Assembly: GCA_951406725.2 (NCBI GenBank)
Contig: OX597817.1
Location: 153,636,001 to 153,700,000, forward strand
Source of the DNA: Octopus vulgaris
Taxonomy: Eukaryota
Length of the DNA: 64,000 nucleotides
Reading direction: 5' to 3'
A program made the position numbers and the translations under genes. The number at the start of each line of letters is the position of its first letter. The first letter of the stretch is position 1. The notes under the pieces were generated by a model. The model did not search any database. It was given only the letters and a program-made list of their open reading frames with translations, and was not told the DNA's origin. Shown in pieces: positions 55,210 to 64,000 of the stretch.

Positions 55210-55272
<63 letters not shown>

Positions 55273-55486
55273 AATGGTTTCAAATTTTGGCGCAAGGCCA
55301 GTAATTTCGGAGGAGTAGGGAAGTCGATTTCATTGATCCCAGTGCTCAGCTGGTACTCTCTTTTATCGATCCCGAAAAGATGAAACGCAAAGTCAGCCTC
55401 GACAGAATTTGAACTCAGAGGTAAAGACGGACGAGATGCCACGAGGTTGCAACCATTTTTATATTGCTTTAATAATAAAAATAATC

Positions 55487-55870
55487 ATAGGTGCAGGAGT
55501 GGCTGTGTGGTAAGTAGCTTGCTAACGAACCACATGGTTCTGGGTTCAGTCCCACTGTGTGGCACCTTGGGCAAGTGTCTTCTGCTATAGCCCCGGGCCG
55601 ACCAATGCCTTGTGAGTGGATTTGGTAGACGGAAACTAAAAGAAGCCTGTCGTATATATGTATATATGTGTGTGTGTGTTTGTGTGTCTGTGTTTGTCCC
55701 CCTAGCAACTGATGCTGGTATGTTTACGTCCCCGTCACTTAGCGGTTCGGCAAAAAGAGACCGATAGAATAAGTACTGGGCTTACAAAAAAAAAAGAAGA
55801 AGTCCTGGGGTCGAGTTGCTCGACTAAAGGCGGTGCTCCAGCATGGCCGCAGTCAACTGACTGAAACTGG
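55487..55870 (+). mobile_element. SINE family A
   Basis: Family consensus. Confidence 0.9.
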
Positions 55871-56550
55871 AAAACATAAACATAAATATATTTCACTCAG
55901 GTTTTGTGCGTAATAATTTAGAAGAACACTAACTGATAAACGTTCTCTTAAACAAGAACTCCACAACCACCACCGCTATAAAATAATAAAAAAAGAAAGA
56001 AAAAAGGCGAGATTTGATCTGTTCAATTGTATAACTAATCCTCGCCTGAATATAATGTGATTCTGATAAAACTGAATGAAATAAATAATAATCGACGTCT
56101 AACGAAACAGGTCGGCAGCTGTAAGACGTGACAATTTCACTTTGATAATATAGTCTTAGATGTCTACATTGGGTGGAAATGTCAGCTTTAAGATTATTCC
56201 TCAACTCAGTTTATACTTCAATTCTATTTTTTTTTCTTACCCAACAATGATATGGTCCCTTCTAGAGTGAAAGTGGAATTGGTTCAAGGCTGTATTGCTG
56301 GCATTATCAACTCGTGTAAAAAATATGGGTTTCGAATGAATCATCTTATAGTTTATTATTCAAAAGTACCAAAGTACCAGAGGCACAAAATAAAATTTAA
56401 AAAAAAAAAAAAGAAAAAATGTCGAAACCGACATTAGTGTATATGTTGTGCTCTTAGTGTTATTAATAACAAAATCAGGAGCGAAGTACCAGAGTATAAG
56501 TTGAAATACATACTATACACAAACACACGTGCACACGCACACACACACAT

Positions 56551-56632
<82 letters not shown>

Positions 56633-56799
56633 CCACTTATTGAATGGTCAGTTATGTGTTTATGTGTGTGTATTATTCATTTGTTGATGTGAATTACTCT
56701 TTTTTTTTTATTCAATCTGAATATGTTTTAATTTCAAAACTGGAGCTAATTTCCTTTCCGTATTAAATCAATGGTAAACAAATTATGATTCCATTGTGT

Positions 56800-56865
<66 letters not shown>

Positions 56866-57270
56866 GTCTGTCTGTCTGTCTGTCTATATGTATTGTGTGT
56901 ATGTGTGTGTGTACATGTATTTATGTATGCGTATATGTACGTATATATATATATGTATGCTTGCACGTATGTGCATATGTATATCCTTGTACATTTACAG
57001 GAGCAACGGACGTTATTCTATTTGAGAAAAATTTGAACGATCATGTGATGTTGCTAACATACACTCAATCAATTAATCTATTTCTCCTAGAATTTGCTTT
57101 CAGTTTGATGCAATTTACAGTCTTTAGTTCAATAAACAGAACGTTAACTTGAAATTTTGTTCTGAACTATACTCACATACATATATACACGCGCACGAAC
57201 ATGTCCAATTACGATCAATTTTCTGGAGTACGTATGTCTCTTATTAAAGAGTATTTATGTCCCTAACATG

Positions 57271-57510
57271 TGGAGGCGCGTGGCTTAGTGGTTAGGGTGT
57301 TGAACTCATGAACGTAAGGTCGTGGTTTCGATTCCTGGACCGGGCGATGCGTTGTGTTCTTGAGCAAAACACTTCATTTCACGTTGCTCCAGTCCACTCA
57401 GCTGCGACGGACCGTCGTCCCGTCCAGGTGGGGAATTTCTACGCCACTGAAACCGGGAAACCGGGCCCTTATGAACCTGGCATGACTCGAGAAGGAACAT
57501 TTCTTTTTAA
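57271..57510 (+). mobile_element. SINE family D
   Basis: tggaggcgcgtggcttagtggttagggtg...ggtttcgattcc (A/B boxes). Possible TSD gtccctaacat at 57259 and 57511. Confidence 0.88.
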
Positions 57511-57519
57511 GTCCCTAAC

Positions 57520-57905
57520 ATAGGCGCAGGCATGACTGTGTGGTAAGTAGCTTGCCTCCCCAATCACGTGGTTCCGGGTTCAGTTCCACTGCGTGACACC
57601 TTGGACAAATGTCTTCTTCTATAGCCTCAAGCCGACCAAAGCCTTGTGAGTGGATTTGGTAGACGGAAACTGAAAGAAGCCCGTCGTATATATATCTATG
57701 TGTATGTGTCTGTGTTTGCATACGCATCTCCACTTGACAACCGGTGTTGTTGTGTTTACGTCCCCGTAAATTAGCGGTTCGGCAAAAGGGACCGATAATA
57801 TAAGTACCAGGCTTAAAATATAAGTACTGAGGCCGGTTCATTCGATTCAAAATTCAAGGCGGTGCCTCAGCATGGCCACAGTCTAATGACTGGAACAAGT
57901 AAAAA
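57520..57905 (+). mobile_element. Older SINE family A variant
   Basis: Diverged consensus. Confidence 0.85.
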
Positions 57906-58292
57906 ATAGAAAATAAATTAATTTCCTATCAAGCAATTTGAGCTAGTCTTTGGTTGTAACATAGTTTTATCCAATTGGGTGCAAAAACCTCTGTTGCATT
58001 TTTGGTTTCTTTTTCTCCTGTACATTTGACTGTACCGGGCAGTTTTATATTCAGTCGCATGTACCTATATGTAGCAGAAGGGTCCTGACTTCTTACACCG
58101 CCTTATGAGATTTAAAATTCTCGAAACAAAGTTGTATAACAGAACACATGCTACAAGCTGAGATAAATTATAATTCCTGGGCGCGATACCCTCACGTCTT
58201 GTTCTGTACCTCTCTCATCCTTACAATGGTTACCTTACATTTTTCTCTCTCCATCTTTCTTTCTTTCTTTCTTTCTCTCTTTCTTTCTTTTT

Positions 58293-58332
<40 letters not shown>

Positions 58333-58635
58333 GTTTTATTCTTTCTCGTAAGTTTTGGCCACCCATTCCCTAATTTCCATCACGTTACCCAAATCGTTGG
58401 CCACATATAAGTATTCCCTTCTTAGGATAACATCCACTATTTCTGAAAGGTTGCCTGATGTATACACAAACTGTGAGTTTATTCTTTATAACAACACTAG
58501 TTAAACACACCGTTAAAGCAGACCTAATATTCCAATCAAATCGACATTATCAATAAATTTCAAAACATATCTGCATGCACGTGTGTATAAATATATATAA
58601 ATATACACATATACATACATACATACATACATACA

Positions 58636-58669
<34 letters not shown>

Positions 58670-59061
58670 CATACATACACACACACACGTTACACGTATA
58701 TTTATATGCACATATATGCGTGCGTGTGTATGACTATATGTGTATACACACACATATACACACACATATACACACATAGGTATGGTTAAGGCTGAAATAA
58801 GATAAACTTTCTACGAATAATCAGAAACATTTCATGTGTGAAGGATAAAAAAACTCGATGAAGAAGGCGAAAAAATAATATCTAGTTCAGATTATTGAGA
58901 TATTAAATATCTCGTAATTAAATCTAATTAGCACATTAAACTATTAGCTTAGTAGTACATATTTAAAATATATATACGCAGTTATCAAAGTATCGAGTCT
59001 AACAGAAGAATGAGCACGCTAGAACATACTACACTACTACCATAGGCAGTTAACATAATAC

Positions 59062-59310
59062 AAATCGAAGAAGGTAAAAAGAGAGAAAATAGAAAGCTTC
59101 TGGTAATACGGAAAGTTATAAAAGACCTTTACATTTCAGGTGCAGAGGCCCATCTTCAGAAGAAAAACAGTCTGAGAACTGTCCAGTTATGTATGCTGTT
59201 TTCTGTTTTCTTCTTGAAGATGGGTCTTTGTGCCTGAAATATAAAGGTTTTATAAAACTTCACGCATTGTGAGAAGCTTTCTCTTTTTCTCTTTTTTTAC
59301 CTTCTTTGAT
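59062..59310. mobile_element. Palindromic hammerhead-bearing element (copy 2, inverted relative to copy 1)
   Basis: Termini atcgaagaaggtaaaaagagagaaaatagaaagcttct and agaagctttctctttttctctttttttaccttctttgat are inverted repeats. Confidence 0.78.
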
Positions 59311-59878
59311 ATTACAATGCTTCAAGCAAACTACAAGGCTCTTATAAAATAAATAATTTTATTACGAATTAATGAAATTCTTTTCCTCTCTGTAAATGCA
59401 ACAATCTCAATGTCTTTCCAATCAAAAATGTTGCGTGGTTGTGAGTTAATAAACTTGCCTCCCAACCACATAGTTCAGGGTTTCAGTCCCACTGCTTGGC
59501 ACCTTGGGCAAATGTCTTTTACTATAACCTTAGACTGACCAAAGTCTTGTGAATGTATTTGGTAGACGGAAACCGAAAGAATCCCATCGTATATATACTA
59601 TGTGTGTCTGTATGAGAGAGAAAGAGGAAGAAAAGAGGAGAGGCACAATTGTAAACTGAGCTCCGTTTGTATAAGATTCCTAAGAAATTATCTTTTATCT
59701 CTTATCTATTTCAGTTGTTAAAATTAATCGAACCCCAGTATTTTTTACACTCTGGTACTTATTCTATGGGCCTCTTTTGCCAAACCGTTAAGTCACGGGG
59801 ATGTAAGCACACACTAGCACCCGTTGTCAAGCGGTGGTGAGGGATAAACACAAACACAAAGACACGCACATACAAACG

Positions 59879-59912
<34 letters not shown>

Positions 59913-61054
59913 AAAACAAACGTTATTATATTTAGAAAGAGAGCCAAAACTCATAAATGTCCAGTTCCTTGGGTTTGTGTCTATGTTTTCGTTTCTCATT
60001 GTGTTGGACGTTTTTTTTTTTGGTGTCCTGTACTCATATATGCGTGTATATATACATGTATAGGTAGGTACGTACATATATGTATATATATATATATGCA
60101 TATGTTTTATTTATTAATATATTATATATATATATATATAAGTATATATATGTACATCTATATCTATATGTATGTACGCACACACAAATACACACACTCT
60201 GTCTATCTGTCTATCTGTCTGTCTGTCTCTCTCTCTGTCTCTCTCTCTCTCTCTCCTCTCTTGTATGCATTACAGTTTCTCATATAAGCATGTATACACT
60301 TGAAAATAACTATTTAATACAATAGTAAATATATGATATGTTTATACATTATTTGCACGCAATGTACGTGTGGATAACAGACGTCATAATTTTTCGCACG
60401 TTAGTATGTATTGGAAATAATTTTTACTTGTATACTTAAAGTCATGTCTGATATACAGTTAACAGCTGAATATTACATTTAAAACTCAATTTATAATTTG
60501 TATACGTGGTGAATGTTTAGTGACATTTGAAAAGAGAATAATTCAATAGTTTATCAGTTTATCAATACATATGTTGACACTTATTTTTCTGCTGTCTCAC
60601 GTTTATATTTCATTTTAGTTTTATCCTAATATTCACTAATTTCTCCTAAAATGGCTTTTCGGTTAGGGTCAACGTAAGGGCATTAAACACCGATATCTGT
60701 TAGCTATAACAAAATAAGAAACGTGTCGCAGAACAAGAACCTTTTGTAGATTTACGTCAAGTAGAATGTAATGGAGTGCAAACTCACCCTTCTCGCATTT
60801 TGCTTGAATACATGTAACCTCCCTTATATTTGGCAAAAAAAAAAATGAAAAAGAAATTATCCCTATCCTAGACACAAATCTTATACTGTTTAAGTTTCAG
60901 TGACACAAAAGAAGAAGAAAAAAATGAATAATAATTATGATCACGCCGTATGAAATTAAATTTATTCCAGGTTAAGTATTAAAGTATCAAATAGGGTATG
61001 TACCATTAATTGATGGTTAATTTTTATTCAGCTTTTCATTACGAGGCATCTGTA

Positions 61055-61455
61055 TACTCTCTTTTACTCTTTTACTTGTTTCAGTCATTTGACCGCGGCC
61101 ATGCTGGAGCACCGCCTTTAGTCGAGCAAATCGACCCCGGGACTTATTCTTTGTAAGCCCAGGACTTATTCATCGGTCTCTTTTGCCGAACCGCTAAGTA
61201 ACGGGGACATAAACACACCAGCATCGGTTGTCAAGCAATGCTAGGGGGACAAACACAGACATATACACACACATACATTTATATATATACGACAGGCTTC
61301 TTTCAGTTTCCGTCTACCAAATTCACTCACAAGGCATAGGTCGGCCCGGGGCTATAGCAGAAGACACCTGCCCAAGGTGCCACGCAGTGGGACTGAACCC
61401 GGAACCATGTGGTTAGTAAGCAAGCTACTTACCACACAGCCACTCCTGCGCCTAT
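61055..61455 (-). mobile_element. SINE family A
   Basis: Family consensus. Confidence 0.92.
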
Positions 61456-61499
61456 GTATAATATTTTCTTCTTTTACCCTCCTCTCTCTCTTCTTTCCC

Positions 61500-61530
<31 letters not shown>

Positions 61531-61769
61531 GATAGATAGATGGATGGATGGATGGATGGATGGATGGATGAATTGATAGACATACGTACAGTTGCACGTA
61601 CAATAAAATGGTATGTCACACTTAAATTAATAATTCGACATATATATTAAATGCATACACATATGTATTTATATATGTATATAAATATATAAGTCTAAGT
61701 ATGGTATATTTGGAAGCTGATAGTATCTAACAGTTCGTGTTCTAAAATTCTTTCAAATGCTGAAGCTTA

Positions 61770-62160
61770 GGAACTGGATTTTATATACGTATGTATCTCT
61801 CTCTTCGGCATTCAAGGTAGTAGAGATGCAACGCTTTCAAATATTCGCAGTAGTTAAGGATTTTAACCGAAGGGGTTTTACTGGTGAACGTTCTTTGCAA
61901 CCCTTCAATTTCTTCTATGAGACTGGATGAGTCAGGAGACCAAAACTTTGAGCAGTAATTTAACCTGCTCAGAACTCAGGTTTTCCATAGAGGTAGCCTA
62001 ACTACTGGTTCACTTACCACGAAGGTTTCTAGAATCCATCCTATGAGATGTCTGCATTTAAAGGTCAGTTTGGTGATGTGGCTAATGAAAGATGTATCAT
62101 TTTACATGATTACTCCTAAATCCCGTATGGTATACTTAGAGTTGGTATATTTATCATGGA
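61770..62160 (-). pseudogene. Degenerate CR1-group LINE homologous to the 24647 ORF
   Basis: IRDLGVIM*NDTSFISHITKLTFKCR.../WILETF...LWKT*VLSRLNYCSKFWSP...IEGLQRTFT...LHLYYLECRRERY. Confidence 0.8.
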
Positions 62161-62788
62161 GTTGTCAGGTATACATTCAGATTGAGGTGAACAGTATGGG
62201 AGAGAAAGAAGTAGTGGAATAGGACGACAATGATGATGATGGACCTCTTGTGTTATTCTGAAAAGAATTTGAGTGGCCTGACTCAAAGAGCTAGGAGAAG
62301 AGCTAGGGAATGTGCTGTTTAATATACCATCTATTGTTCTAGTATTGGGAAATGACAGCCAATTCATATCCTGTTGTTGCTATTGTTTAGATGTGGAAGG
62401 GTAGTAGCAGTAGAACATGCTGGCAATAATGATGATGGGCCAGTTATGGTATTCTGAGGAAATGAAGAAGTGGATAGTTACACTGTGAAAGACTTTTGAT
62501 TGAGGAGTTTAATAATTCATCAATTGTTCCATTATTGAAGTGTAACTTCTAATGCTGATTTTGTTGCTATTGTTTAGTTGTAGTAAGGGTGGTAACAGTA
62601 GAACATGATGACAATGAGGATAATGGATCACTTGTGATATTCCGAGGAAATGAGGAAGTGGATAGGTGAACTGTGAAGGGCTCTTGATTGTGGAATTTGA
62701 TAGATCATCAATTCTGCTAGTATTGAGGAGTGGCCGTATATAACAACAATATAACAATAATAACATTGTTGTCATTGTTATATTGTTG

Positions 62789-62832
<44 letters not shown>

Positions 62833-62836
<4 letters not shown>

Positions 62837-63063
62837 TCTTTTACTCTTTTACTTGTTTCAGTCATTTGACTGCGGCCATGCTGGAGCACCACCTTTAGTC
62901 GAGCAAATCGACCCCGGGACTTATTCTTTGTAAGCCCAGTACTTATTCCATCGGTCTCTTTTTGCCGAACCGCTAGGTGACGGGGACGTAAACACACCAG
63001 CATCGGTTGTCAAGCGATGGTGGGGGAACAAACACAGACACACAAACATATACACACACATAC

Positions 63064-63122
<59 letters not shown>

Positions 63123-63290
63123 TACGACAGGCTTTTTTCAGTTTCCGTCTACCAAATCCGCTCACAAGGCATTGGTCGGCCCGGGGCTATAGCAGAAGAC
63201 ACTCGCCCAAGATGCCACGCAGTGGGACTGAACCAGGAACCATGTGGTTGGTAAGCAAGCTACTTACCACACAGCCACTCCTGCGCCTAT
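62833..63290 (-). mobile_element. SINE family A
   Basis: Family consensus. Confidence 0.92.
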
Positions 63291-64000
63291 ATGTATATAT
63301 ATAATTTCAGTTTAAGTGTTGAGAATGCTTTAGTTTAGTAATGTACCTTTCTAGGGATTTTGTAGGGGTTTTTCTTTTTATTTATTTTAGTTCTTTGTTC
63401 TTATTATGTGTAAAAACATTACGCAACATTTTACAGATCAATTATTAAACACTATTTTCTAAGCACGGGAAAGGTAAACAGGGGGGGAGGTGCAATATTG
63501 AATTTTGCATCCCCGCAAAATTTCAGGGGGTGCACTTGCACCCCATGCACCTCCTGTTCCCGGGCCCTTGTCCACTCCTTGATATAAAGGAATTTTTTTT
63601 AAATGGCATATCATCATCAACAGCCTGCTCAAGGTGGCATGCTCTCGTCTACCGAGACTTTTACACTCACGTTAGGGAAAACAAGTGATCAGAACGGTTA
63701 CCAAACAAATGATGTTCCGATGCAGACATCGAAACAGAACGTCGGACCACTGCCAAGCAATAAATGAGCAGAACGCCTGATGAACACATGACGCACCTAG
63801 GCATACAGGTGGACAAAAACAAGTGACATCTTTGAGTAAGTAACCAATCTGAAGTTGAGCATATGTCTTAAAACATATATACACAAAGCAATATCGGCCT
63901 TAAACATAATGAAAGTTCTACAAATAAAGCAAACGATGAATAATTCTTCTTCACGCAACGCGACAGACTTTTTATTTCTTTTTTCCTTATTCTTTAAAAT

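Noticed and set aside
60783-60833. Minus-strand TATA-like motif followed by ATGCGAGAAGG|GTGAGT (tubulin-like MRE start)
   Set aside because: Only three matching codons and no downstream tubulin exons seen; compatible with chance.
63461-63570. GC-rich gggtgca/tgcaccc cluster resembling a hAT-type MITE
   Set aside because: TIRs are too degenerate and no TSD was identified, so it is not supportable as a feature.

Overview
Repeat-saturated, AT-rich, non-coding-looking animal DNA. The SINE families and the very high microsatellite density look like an Octopus (coleoid cephalopod) genome; this is recognition from memory, not a database hit. No intact host gene is supported, and most ORFs in the track are translations of microsatellites or SINEs. 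Protein-coding signal is limited to transposon remnants. These are R4/Dong-like non-LTR elements nested in (TAA)n tracts (best copy 50825-52987), at least four Penelope-like elements, CR1-like and RTE-like LINE pieces, Tc1/mariner pieces, a Helitron PIF1-helicase fragment, non-autonomous Helitrons/Helentrons and possible Gypsy debris. The strongest unexplained structure is about ten minimal hammerhead-ribozyme-like cores in Penelope-derived remnants, mostly beside (TA)n tracts. They include head-to-head palindromic units, one of which (~240 bp) occurs twice, 10 kb apart, in inverted orientation. Also notable are self-nesting microsatellite-targeting R4 arrays, a possible 16-kb Helitron-bracketed interval, and a repeated X-box + CRE-like module.
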